DNA of 48,343 bases from Octopus bimaculoides (taxonomy: Eukaryota): assembly GCF_001194135.2 (NCBI RefSeq), contig NC_068981.1, forward strand, positions 165,749,547-165,797,889, in the 5' to 3' direction. The notes beneath the pieces were generated by a model. It ran no database searches and was not told the origin of the DNA. It saw nothing but the letters and a program-made list of their open reading frames with translations. Every line of letters starts with the position of its first letter. The first letter of the stretch is position 1. The position numbers and the translations under genes were made by a program. Positions 1 through 11,955 of the stretch are shown piece after piece.

Positions 1-46
<46 letters not shown>

Positions 47-1785
47 ACGCTTTGAAAAATGTAATACAACCGCTTTTACACTTGAAAAGTGAGCCGCAAG
101 ACGAAGGTCAGTTGAATTGGTGCACGCACAAACAATATGTAGAAAAGAGGCAGGGCAGCGGGTAGACCCTGGCAAGTATGTTGAGAGCAATGATAATATG
201 GTCAGTTGAATTGGAGCATTAACGAAGTAGGTGAAGTGAAAAATAGTTCGGGTGTTATCTGACAAGAACGTTGAGGAAAATTTAAAACAAAATGCAGAGA
301 AAGAGGGAGGTTGCTGCAAAATTGTTAAGAGGAATCAAAACAAAAAAAATTTGCTGTCTGAGAAGGGTCGTATTGCCTTAAATTTGTTTGAGTCATAAAT
401 AAATGAGTTTAAAGAATTTAATTGGTAGGTTGTAAGCAGAAAAATTTAGAGAGAATGGAAACATAAAAATGACGAGAAAACTGTCATATGTATTAAAGTG
501 TTACAACAAATGTATACTTATTTCAAAATAAGATTTCTTTACATATATACATATTATGTATTTACTGTTTAAAATTGGTAAAATTTACCGGAGCTTCCGT
601 AGAGACAGAATTACAAGCCGCATCCCGAAATTAGTAACTATCGTTTATGATTTTCATAAGAGCGGGATTCCGTAACTAGAGTTTCTGAAAGGCGAAGGAT
701 ACTTTTATTTAATAAGCCTGCAGACAAACATATCGACTTGTTCAGTCTCTCCAGTACAAGTTTTGTTGGTCTTATATTTAAAGGAAAATTATATTTGTAT
801 TATCAAAATTTATGATGTTCAGTTCAAGAAGCCAGAATCGTGTGTAGTTTTAGAAACCAGTTAAGATGGGGTGTGAAAAGATGTAATGATGCAAGAAGTA
901 CTTATTCCTTTACCCAAAGACAAAGAAGTTCACCACAAGCTCAAAAATTAGATTACATGTCTCTTCTATGCAGTAGAAATCTTTTCTGACTTTTTGAACT
1001 AAACACCATAATTTTTGATAATACGAATATAAGTTTCCTTTAAATATAAGATCAGTGTGAACTGCAGTGAAGAGACTTAGCGATTCTTAAGAGATTTCTA
1101 AAACTACACACTACTCTCTGACTTCCTAAACCGAACAACCATAATTTTTGATAATACAAGTATAAATTACCTTGAAATATAAAACCAGCGATAGTTGTAC
1201 TGAAGAGATTTAATTCGTTGAAACATACACCTGCAGATTTATTAAATTCATATCATAGATTAGATTAATCTTGTCGTTATTTATTTTTCAACTTATAGAA
1301 AAATAATTCAGAGAAAAAAAATTATCACCTTTTCACCCTTCATTCTGTCTCTGTCTGCCTGCCTGTCTCTCTCCGCCTGCCTGTCTCTCTCCCTCTTCTT
1401 CTCTATCTCTATCGCTTTCTCTTCTCTGTCTGTTTCTGTCTCTCTCTATCTATCTCTTTCTCTCTCTCTCTCTCTGAATTTTCCACTTTCCACAGCAAGT
1501 TCACTGTACTCATTTTAGTGATTTTATTATATAATAATACGTCTTGCGAACGCAAGCCAACACCAGCCTCCCCGGAGTCCGTTTGTTCATATGCATATGT
1601 GTGTATGTGGGTGCGTGAATGTATGTGTGTTTGTACGTGTGTGTGTGTGTGTGTGTGTCTGTGCAGGTACGTTCAATGGTTATGCCTTAATATCGATGGA
1701 ATGCGCATGTATACTATCACAACTTTACCTGTAATCGTACACTAACACGAGTATGTATGTACATATGTATCTATGCAGACATGCA

Positions 1786-1945
<160 letters not shown>

Positions 1946-2136
1946 GCTGTCTCTATGCGTGCATCTATGTTGGTGTGTATATATGAATACGTCGGTATTT
2001 TTATACTCCGATGGATGTAAATATGCAAGTTTGTCAGTTATGCTCGTTTACAATTTTTTCATTTGTAACTATATGTTCGCTAACATTTATATTTATCTAT
2101 TGAGATATCTACACATTGACTTATACAATTGCTCTT

Positions 2137-2280
2137 GTATGTATGTATGTATGTATGTATGTATGTATGTATGTATGTACGAACGTATGTATATACGTAC
2201 GTATGAATGTATTATGTACGTACGTACGTATGTATGTATGTATGTATGTATGTATGTATGTATGTATGTATGTATGCATG
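2137..2280. repeat. (GTAT)n tetranucleotide tract; related (ATGC/ATGT)n at 2625-2710
   Basis: Seen directly. Confidence 0.97.
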
Positions 2281-2290
2281 TATATGTGAA

Positions 2291-2620
2291 GGCACATGAC
2301 TCAGTGGTTAGAGCGTCGAGCTTACGATCGTGAGGTTGTGAGTACGATTCCTGGACCGGGTTGTGTGTTGTGTTCTTGAGCAACACACTTTATTTCACGT
2401 TGCTCCAGTTCACTCAGCTGTAGAAATGAATTGCGTCATCACAGGTGCCAAGCTGTATCGGCCTTTACCTTTCCCTTGGATAACATCAGCGGTGTGGAGA
2501 GGGGAGACTGGTATGCATGGGCGACTGCTGGCCTTCCACAAACAACCTTGACCGGACTTTGCCTCGGAAGGTAACTTTCTAGGGGCAATCCCATGGTCAT
2601 TCATGACCGAAGTGGGGTCT
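2291..2620 (+). mobile_element. tRNA-headed SINE, family A, tail type 1
   Basis: Head ggcacatgactcagtggttag...gagtacgattcc (A/B-box-like); central tgctccagttcactcagctg block shared with other family A copies. Confidence 0.85.
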
Positions 2621-3518
2621 CCTCCATGCATGTATATATGTATGTATGTATGCATGCATGCATTTATATATGCATGTATGTATGCATGCATGCATGCATT
2701 TATATATGTATGTTATTTAGTTTCGTTTCTAGATTCCTTGCCAATGGAGAAAGAGTTGGTCTCTAACCCAGATCCAAGGCTCCTTCACTGGAATTTTCAC
2801 AGCATGAACAGGGCAGTTGTGTATGTATGCATGAATATGTGAGAGTATTTGGAGCTGATCTTTATGTTTTGTGTTTCGTATGTATACACATAAAATGTAG
2901 TTGCATGTCCAGGCATGTTCATAAGTATCTATATGCTAAACTCTTGGGAAGTGCATGTGTGCAAGGATTTGTAGATCCCTGTGTCTGTATAAATAAGTTT
3001 TTCTCTTCGTAGAACTCAAGCCAGTGACTAACAAAGTAGAACTCAAGGCAGTCATTAAGAAAGCGACAGGTCAAAACAGTTCATGGGAGTCGTGCTATCT
3101 GAACTGAATAATGCATGCATATATGTATGTGCATGTGAATGAGAATTTTTCTTGCAATCGTGTATTGCGTGTGCATGATACTTTAGTATACAAGTAAGGG
3201 TGCTTCATCACTGTTTATTCACATATAAGTATATTCCATATATGTATATGATCGTGTGCATGTGTTCATGCCAGAAACCTAAGATAGTGAATCACCGGAA
3301 TGTTTTACAAATTCTCGCTATTCTTCTAATTGATTGTATTTGGAAGATGCGAATCAGTTTGTTCTGTTATCTTTTCTTTTCTTTTCTTTTTTTTCTTTAG
3401 GAGAACGCCAGCATTCTTAGGCTCTTATGCATATTTGTTATTACGTAGCTCAATGCGCAAGACCGAATTAAGGGTGCTACTTTGGCATGTGATCTATAAC
3501 TTCAAGGGCGATTACGTA

Positions 3519-3764
3519 AGCGTGCAAGTGGCTGAGCACTCCAAAGACACGTGTACCCTTAACTTAGTTTTCAGAGAGATTCAGCGTGACAGAATGTGAC
3601 AAGGTTGGCCCTTTGAAATACAGGTACTACTCGTTTTTACCAGCTGAGTGGACTGGAACAACGTAAAATAAAGTGCCATGCTCAGTGACACAAAGCATCT
3701 CTGAGAATTGAACTCACGATCTTACGATCGTGATCGAACAACCTAACCACTAAGCTACGCGCCT
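3519..3764 (-). mobile_element. SINE family A, tail type 3 (tail shared with family E)
   Basis: Same head and central block as 2291-2620; its 3' part matches the tail of 41097-41458 and 47739-48086. Confidence 0.8.
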
Positions 3765-3894
3765 TCTTACACCGGCGTTAACAAGGGCAGAACAACACTC
3801 ACATGTTAAACTAAATGAGATTCTTTACAGCTAACAACGCTTATTGTGGCGCCTAATCGAACTTCCTTAAGAACCTTTAAGGATAAAGGACAAA

Positions 3895-4128
3895 GATCCT
3901 TCCCGAATCATATAGACTCATTGAGTCGGTTTCCCGGTTTCCGTGGCATATATATTTTCCACCTAGACGGGACGCCAGTCGGTCGCAGGATTACTTATTT
4001 TTGCCAGCCGGGTGGACTGGAGCAACGTGATATGAAGTGTTTTGCTCAAGAACACAATGCGTCGCTCGGTCCAGGAATCGAAACTACAATCTTATGATCA
4101 TGAATCCAATGCTCTAACCACTAAGCTA
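3895..4128 (-). mobile_element. SINE family A, tail type 2
   Basis: Reverse complement aligns end to end with 29359-29606. Confidence 0.8.
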
Positions 4129-4545
4129 AGTACCTTATCTTTAACCTGGTCTATATTTATCTAATATCCGTAATCCCACAATTTAGTCTTAATCTTTGTA
4201 TCTTCAACTAGAACGAACTTCTGTAAATAGTAGCCTGATGTCCACGCCGCACCCCTAAGTTACAATCTAATTTACCACCCTTCAACTTTCCTNNNNNNNN
4301 NNNNNNNNNNNNNNNNNNNNNNNNNNNNNNNNNNNNNNNNNNNNNNNNNNNNNNNNNNNNNNNNNNNNNNNNNNNNNNNNNNNNNNNNNNNNNNNNNNNN
4401 NNNNNNNNNNNNNNNNNNNNNNNNNNNNNNNNNNNNNNNNNNNNNNNNNNNNNNNNNNNNNNNNNNNNNNNNNNNNNNNNNNNNNNNNNNNNNNNNNNNN
4501 NNNNNNNNNNNNGTATGTATGTATGTATGTATGTATGTATGCATT

Positions 4546-4581
<36 letters not shown>

Positions 4582-4627
4582 AAGACAAACATACATATAT
4601 ATATGTGGATATATACACACACACAGA

Positions 4628-4679
<52 letters not shown>

Positions 4680-5518
4680 CTTCTTTAATCGCTACTATTA
4701 GTTTTTTGCCGCTAAAAATGACCTTTTTACCACATTCACAAGATAAGTCCACATTCCTTTTACATTACCCTATTTTAAATTCCCTTGAGTTAATTATATC
4801 CTTAATTGACTTTCGTATCTTAATTTTATTAGATTTCAACCATTTGTTAAACATTGTAGCATCTCTGCACAAATACCCCGTTCTTAAACTTCCTGTCATT
4901 ACCACCTTTCCTTCGATAAAACAACCTCTCATTTATTGGTGTGTTAATGGATTTAACCATTAAAACAATTACCTTACATTAAAACAATTGCCTTACAATT
5001 GTGATTTTGTGATAAGATAAATCGACAATCTTATGAAGTTTCATAAAGTATGATCTTAAACTTCATTTAGTCATTAAGTCAGTTCAGAATTCATGCAAAA
5101 GACAATGAAACGAGTATTGTCAGAGCTACATGTGCTTCGCAGCACATGGAAGATTAAGGGAATTTGTAAACGTGCTTAAAAAGAAACAGATAATTTTTTT
5201 AGAGCAGTGTATGTAACATTTTTAGCAACAGCCCTCAGATTGGTGCTAAAAGAAACATGATGAAAACAGTGTCTCTTAGGTTACAGTAGAATGAAGCAGA
5301 AAATATTATCCATTTGTTCTCAAACCGGAGAGCTAGTCTGAATACTTCCAACAGAATAGACTCTACTAAAAACACCGAAACGTGGTATAATGGTGTTAAA
5401 TTGCAAGAGAGATTAAAATCTTTTGTTGGAATTTCAGAATCGTCTCCCTTGCCTTTGATATAAATTATCATTAACGCTTCTAACTTCCTTTTTCTTTTTG
5501 AGCGCAAAACACACACGC

Positions 5519-5578
<60 letters not shown>

Positions 5579-5824
5579 NNNNNNNNNNNNNNNNNNNNNN
5601 NNNNNNNNNNNNNNNNNNNNNNNNNNNNNNNNNNNNNNNNNNNNNNNNNNNNNNNNNNNNNNNNNNNNNNNNNNNNNNNNNNNNNNNNNNNNNNNNNNNN
5701 NNNNNNNNNNNNNNNNNNNNNNNNNNNNNNNNNNNNNNNNNNNNNNNNNNNNNNNNNNNNNNNNNNNNTATATATATATATATATATATATATGCGTGTG
5801 TATATATGTGTGTGTGTGTGTGTG

Positions 5825-5859
<35 letters not shown>

Positions 5860-6503
5860 CGCTTGATTTGTCGGTTCCATATATTAAGTAGGTAGCTTGC
5901 ACTTAACGATATATTCTTCACGCAGAGAACATCTTTGTGAAACTTTCCTATGTCATAAGTCTAAGAAAGCCTATTTCAGAAAATAGCTCTAGACTTGTGA
6001 TGCAACATGGTAGCAAAACGTACTTTCATCTTCATCAACAAATTTTTTACATGAGTTATTTTGAAGAAACAAGATATATTACTGACGCAGAAAAGCTGCG
6101 TTCAGAATACGAAGCAACCTTATTGTTATTCGGTGATTAACTTTGTCTACACGTATTTACATTTAACGCTAGTTCATCCATCTGTTTACAATGGCTGTTG
6201 ATTCATACATTAGCTTCTTAGTTTGAATAAGTATACAAATAGCCATTTTATGTTCCAGCGACAAAATCTGAAACTCAGCCAAACTGTGAAACTAAAGCCG
6301 CATATTTTTAACAGATGAAATAATAACAAGTTGAAAACTGAAAATCGCAAATGTAAAATTTGATATGAGGTGTTTAGCCATTTGAACAAAGTAACATTAT
6401 ATAGTACAATATGTTTATTAGTTGAAATTATATATCTTGTATCAAATGAACATTGAAACACAAATATTTAGACATTTTAAAGTAAAAATTCTGTAGTAAC
6501 GCC

Positions 6504-6557
6504 TGCGCATGCGTAGTCTTACGCATGCGTAAAATTAAACAAGCAAGCGTTTCCCGC
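6504..6557. promoter_or_regulatory. Housekeeping-type promoter motif cluster: two NRF1/EWG-like sites and an E2F site
   Basis: TGCGCATGCGT at 6504-6514, perfect palindrome TTACGCATGCGTAA at 6519-6532, TTTCCCGC at 6550-6557; locally CpG-rich in CpG-poor DNA. Confidence 0.55.
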
Positions 6558-6960
6558 TCAATTCATTCTCTTTCTCGCTGGCCAGCAATTGAGCAAGGAC
6601 GTGTGTTTAAAGCTGTCTCTACATCTTTCGGTCTTATACTCGACAGCTCGTTATTCTCACCTCTAAAGATGTATATCTAAAAGATATGTATGTTTATCAC
6701 CTAAATAAATGTTGTTTGAGTTGTTTAGTCTGGAGTTCAGCGTTCCGTCTATTTCTTCAATTTTATAGTAGAAAGTCAGGTATACAATCTAAAGATGTAT
6801 AACCCACTTTCTACTAAAATACTAAGTACGTTGATATGGTTAACAACTCTTATTTACAATATCTTCGTCGTATTCTGAAATTGCAGCTGAAAGAACGATT
6901 GAAGGAATGGTGATAATTTCGCAGTTGTCAGTTATATGGCAAACGAAACCAAATACTTAC

Positions 6961-7803
6961 TACTATTAAACTGGTAGTTTATATTATCGCCCCAGGAAGG
7001 ATGAAAGACAAAGTCGGCAGGTTTGTGGACTCAGGAGATAAAGAATCAGAAGAAATACCGCAATGAATTCTGTCCAACACTCTATCGATTCTACGAATAA
7101 TAGTGATTTATTTTTTAAATGATTATTTCTTACATAAAAAATCACGCCCAAAAAATTGTGGTAAGGAGGTTACTCGATAACGTCGACCCCAATAATTTAC
7201 TGGTATTATATATTTAACCGAAACTGCAAGAGGATAAAAGGCAAAGCTGACCTCGGTGTAATACTGCGTATCATTTTTCCCAACTCTAGCGATTCTGCGA
7301 ACAACAACCACAACAATAATAATAAGCCCTTCTACTATAGGCACAAGGCCTGAAATTTTCGGAGATGAGATAAGTCGATTACATCGACCCCAATGCTTAA
7401 ATGGTATTTATTTTATCGACCCAGTACTCAACTGGTACTTATTTCATCGACCCTGACAGGGTGAAATGCAAAGTCAACCTTGGTGAAATTTGAACTCAGA
7501 AATTAAATTCAGACGAAAAGCCGCTAAGCATTATTCCCAGCGTGTTAACGGTTCTGCCAGCTCGCCGCCTTAATAATAATAATAATAATCCTTTCTACTA
7601 AAGGCACAAAGTTTGAAATTTGAGGGCGGGGACCAGTCGATTAAATCGGCCCTAGTGTTTCACTGGTACTTAATTTATCGACCCCCCCCAAAAGGATGAA
7701 AAGCAAAGTCGACCTCGGTGGAATTTGAACTCAGAACGTAACGACGGGCGAAATACCTCTAAGCATTTCGTCCAGCGTGCTAACGATTCTGCAGATCGCC
7801 AGC
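6961..7803 (-). mobile_element. Cluster of four same-orientation SINE-C copies (two degraded)
   Basis: Recurring ggatgaaaggcaaagtcgacctcgg...aatttgaactcagaa core; on the minus strand, head ggcggcgagctggcagaa and B box gttcaaattcc; (AAT)n tails. Confidence 0.85.
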
Positions 7804-7804
7804 T

Positions 7805-7962
7805 GAAGAAGAAGAAGAAGAAGAAGAAGAAGAAGAAGAAGAAGAAGAAGAAGAAGAAGAAGAAGAAGAAGAAGAAGAAGAAGAAGAAGAAGAAGAAGAA
7901 GAAGAAGAAGAAGAAGAAGAAGAAGAAGAAGAAGAAGAAGAAGAAGGAGGAGGAGGAGGAGG
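7805..7962. repeat. Pure (GAA)n of about 47 units followed by (GGA)n
   Basis: Seen directly. Confidence 0.99.
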
Positions 7963-7989
7963 AGATAGTGTCAATTAATGTTGGGTCCT

Positions 7990-8390
7990 TAGTAACAATA
8001 TCAGAACAGCCCTTTTCAGAGCTAACCACCGTTGGTTGTTGACGATTGCCCTGCCAACTCCTACCTCACTAGTTCTCTAATCCGATCTCTGCAAACTTTG
8101 GCGCACCTGGAAAGACGCTTTCAGTTTCCAGTAACCGGGTCCCTGTCTATGCAGCCTATCTGGATCAGTCGTAAAGATCACAAATTTGGGGCTTGTATAG
8201 CCGAAGACTTTGAATTGTAGACAACTTATACTACCTCTCTCTACTGGTCTACAGAATACTCTATCTAGATACGATCTGGATGCCCAAATGCTGTTTGCTT
8301 ATATCTACATTGGCACATTCGGAAAATCCAGCCTGTCTGTACCCGTCAGCCAGCTGGAAACGACTGAGCAGGCTTGTGAGGCTTTTGTTA
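7990..8390 (-). mobile_element. Decayed L1/Tx1-clade ORF2 fragment (end of APE endonuclease plus linker)
   Basis: Frameshifted translation RLDFPNVPM*I*ANSIWASRSYLDRVFCR...GYTSPKFV...QGPGYWKLKAS...RDRIRELV...AIVNNQRWLALKRA, with SYLDR and GPGYWKL motifs. Confidence 0.7.
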
Positions 8391-8844
8391 TTACTGTTGT
8401 TGATTCAGTTGTTATTGCAGCTGATATTGTTGCTACTTGTTATTGCTGCTGCTGCTGCTGCTGCTGCTGCTGTGCTGCCGAGGCGCCGCAGCGATGGTGT
8501 CGTCAGCAGCGTGGTCCTCTATCCTCTTTTTTCTGTTTTATTTGTGAAAGGAGACATTGTGTGATGGTCAATTGTTCCAGAGACGCGGTACCTCGGTCGT
8601 CTGCTTTCCGGAATTCCACGCAGTTTTTATTCATTTGGCAGGGAGAGGTCTGGATCCTTTCTAGCTGGAGAAGGAATACTGAAAAGAAGTTTTGGTTAAA
8701 ATTTTATTGCAATTTCATTTACTTCCATCCCATTTTGCAGTAACTCACGAACCATTAAAATATTTCATTGTCCCACCTTGAGAAATATTGGTGTAGCTAG
8801 TTTGATTGCAGAAACAAGTGATGCATGATCTATTTATAATTATT

Positions 8845-9627
8845 CTTTTCTACTCTAGGCACAAGGACCGAAATTTTGGGGGAGGGAGCCAGTCGATTAG
8901 ATCGACCCCAGTACGCAACTGGTACTTAATTTATCGACTCCGAAAGGATGAAAGGCCAAGTCGACCTCAGCGGAATTTGAACTCAGAACACAAAGACAGA
9001 CGAAATACTGCTAAGCATTTCGCACGGTGTGCTAACGTTTCTTATTTTTTTACTGCCCATAAGGGGCTACACATAGAGGGGACAAACAAGGACAGACAAA
9101 CGGATTAAATCGATTATATAGAAACCAGTGCGTAACTGGTACTTATTTAATCGACCCCGAAACAATGAAAGGCAAAGTCGACCTCGACGGAATTTGAACT
9201 CAGAACGCAGCGGCAGACAAAATACCGCTAAGCATTCCGCCCGGTGTGCTAACGTTTCTTATTTCTTTATTGCGCACAAAGGGCCAAATATAGAAAGGAC
9301 AAACAAGGGGATTAAGTCGAGTACATCGACCCCAGTGCGTAACTGGCACTTAATTTATCAACCTCGAAAGGTTGAAAGGCAAAATTGACCTCTGCGGAAT
9401 TTGAACTCAGAACGTAACGGCAGACAAAATACCGCTAAGCATTTCGCCCGGAGTGCTAACGTTTCTGATTTCTTTACTACCCACAAGGGGCTACACACAG
9501 AGGAGACAAACAAGGACAGACAAACGGATTAAGTCGATTATATCGACCCCAGTGCGTAACTGGTACTTATTTAATCGACCCCAAAAGGATGAAAGGCAAA
9601 GTCGACATCGGCGGAATTTGAACTCAG
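8845..9627 (-). repeat. Head-to-tail tandem array of four SINE-C units, ending at a gap
   Basis: gctaacgtttct anchor at 9031, 9248 and 9455 (periods 217 and 207); three units carry a variant tail aaggggcta...acaaacaaggacagacaaacgg. Confidence 0.9.
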
Positions 9628-9839
9628 NNNNNNNNNNTGCGCCAGGGGAGAAAACTCTTATTAATAATTTTTTAAAAAATATGATTGCAAGGGAGGTAAT
9701 TATTTCTTATTGAGAAAAAAAAATGTTACGATACTCACCACAAATCTTTTCCTACATATGTACTTCACCTTCTTCGTGATATAAATGTGCGTGAGTATGT
9801 GTGAGCGTGTGTGTGTGTGTGTGTGTGCGCGCGCTTTTG

Positions 9840-10284
9840 TGCTTGTATTTGTCCTCCACTATCGCTTGACAATCATTATTAATGTGTTTACCTCACCATA
9901 ACTAAACGGTTCGGCAAAAGCAACCTATAAAATAAATACCAAGCTTTTTAAAAAACAATAAGTACTGGGGTCAATTCGTTCGACTAAAATTCTAAAATTC
10001 TTCAAGGCGGTGTCCCAACGGATGATACTAGTAAGATGTAAGTTATTTCCCTTGTATTTTTATTTACTTTTTTTACCTCCCTATACTGGAAGATTACCGA
10101 TAGATAGATAGACTGATTGACAGACAGACAGATAGATAGATAGATAGTGATCGAGGGAAATGAACTTGGATTTGATCTCAGAATGTAAAGTGCCGAAGCA
10201 AATGCAGTAAGATCTCCACTAAAAAGGCGGTGCCCCAGCATGGCCGCAGTCAAATGACTGAAACAAGTAAAAGAGTAAAGAGTA
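9840..10284 (+). mobile_element. SINE family B 3' parts, interrupted by GATA/GACA repeats and a SINE-C fragment
   Basis: 3' half at 9840-10020; second tail segment at about 10218-10284. Confidence 0.65.
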
Positions 10285-10449
10285 ACCATTCTCTCAAATG
10301 AAATAATAAAAGATTGGTAATAATAATCTCCCTTACATTAGGTAATAAAGATACTTACTTGCAGAATTAATTCCCTTCGAACAATTCTCGTTTAAAATGC
10401 AATAATTTCTACAAGAGTTGGCTTATGTNNNNNNNNNNGTGTGTATGTG

Positions 10450-10501
<52 letters not shown>

Positions 10502-10525
10502 TGTGTGTGTGTGCGTGCGTGCGTG

Positions 10526-11955
10526 TTTTCTTTGTCTTCTCAATTTTTGAGTAAATTTTGACTGGCCACCTAGCACTTTTAACTTTCATCCTTTGAATCT
10601 TATGAAGGTCTTGCAGATTTTTATAGTCCTAGATATTGTAGCATATGAATTAAGGATTTGCATTTTCTCCCCGAGATCCCAATTTCAGCTATATTTTTGC
10701 TTCAGACAGGTTGAGATGCATCCTGTTGTTCCAATAATAGGTATGAAGCCGAAAATATATCTTGGGTACTGGATTTGCAAACTCCTTATCAATGCTCCAT
10801 AGATGTCCTTTCTCATGCATTTTTCTGATTACATTTGTGTTCAGCAAGCAGCTGATTTTCCCAACAGAACATATCTTTTCTTTGTGGCTGTTTAATTTTT
10901 AAGTTCCATTAATATTCTTTTGATCCTTTGGTCCCAATATGGTCAACTTCGTTCGTTGGTATTTTTCTTTTTTATTGTCTTGTACAGACCCCTTTGGCCA
11001 CCGCATTGTGTCTCGTGAAAAGATAATATCTGGAAGACATTCTCTCACAGTTGCCAATAATGTGGTTGGTGTCTTCAGTCTTGGTCTTGCAAAGCCTACA
11101 TTTGTTGTCTGTCAATGTTTTCTGCTTTTTATGTTGTAGATACTTGATGGAGATCCCTTGTTTTTCGATTGCATGAATGTTGCCTTCAAGGTAGGATGTC
11201 ATAAATCTTTCAGGACTCCATGCCAAGCTTTTGATGTGATCAGTCCCTTTTGTGGCTCGTGTTTTATGTGACAAGTATCCATGTACTATCTTCTCTGTGA
11301 ACTGATCCATTTCTTTTTTGTTGTTCTGATAAAAAGATTTTACTAATGCTCCCTGGGGAGAAATCTATATCAGCTCTTATTCCATAACTTTCCTTGAGTT
11401 TATTAGCTATCCTAATTATATTGTTGGTCACAAACTTGGGCAAGATAGTTATTAGTCTCTTTCCTCTGCTGTAGATATTGTTTCAATGTCACAAGCCATG
11501 CTTCATATGACATCACTACGGATTTGAAACTAAGACCACAATCCTTGAGTGGAAAATATAGCCTGTCTACATCTCCATTGATCTTGAAGATTCCTGTAAC
11601 ACTGAGCACCTTGTGACTTCAGACACCAAGCTCATTGAGTTCTTGTAGTGACCAGTGCAGAAGGCCAAATGTAGGTATGAGTGCAGGCACTACAATAATG
11701 TTTTGAACAATATGCTTGTTGTAAGCGGAGTTCTGATGATTATATTCTCTTTACTCTTCTGAGGCATTCATTCCTGGTCCTCTCCTTATTTATGGGTCCA
11801 TTATGTCTGACATTCTCATCCTGTCTGAGATACCTATAATAGCAACCTGACTGTAGAGGTTGTATTGTCAAACTGTTCATTCTTAGATTTTCAGAGGAGG
11901 GCACAACTTTTCCACATTTCATTGTCAAAAATGCACATTTGGACCCACCAATATG
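10526..11955 (-). mobile_element. 5'-truncated R4/Dong-like non-LTR retrotransposon (RT C-terminus, CCHC knuckle, restriction-like endonuclease region), decayed
   Basis: Translated pieces SKCAFLTMKCGK, YRYLRQDENVRHNGPINKER, NGDVDRLYFP, CRLCKTKTEDTNHIIGNC, TRHNAVAK, EY*WN, IPIIGTTG, IKICKTFIRFKG* (TGA at 10588-10586); several stops and frameshifts. Confidence 0.85.

Noticed and set aside
2291-2365. tRNA genes at SINE heads
   Set aside because: A/B-box-like motifs exist but no complete cloverleaf, and each head continues into a multicopy SINE body.
5230-6320. Open plus-strand frames after AG sites (NEAENIIHLF..., ENIFVKLSYV..., TKSETQPNC...)
   Set aside because: No recognisable homology, no consistent exon chain, and each ends in a stop; cannot be separated from chance without RNA data.
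7670-8042. Poly-K, poly-F and poly-S ORFs
   Set aside because: All are frames of the (GAA)n tract plus SINE sequence.
8210-8743. 177-aa ORF with poly-Cys and 94-aa ORF with poly-Ala
   Set aside because: They are the antisense of an L1/Tx1 remnant plus a (CTG)n repeat; no splice or homology support.
8845-9627. CRISPR-like appearance of repeat arrays (also 19974-20170 and 45311-45640)
   Set aside because: Eukaryotic context, units of 50-220 bp that are homologous throughout rather than unique spacers, and no cas genes.
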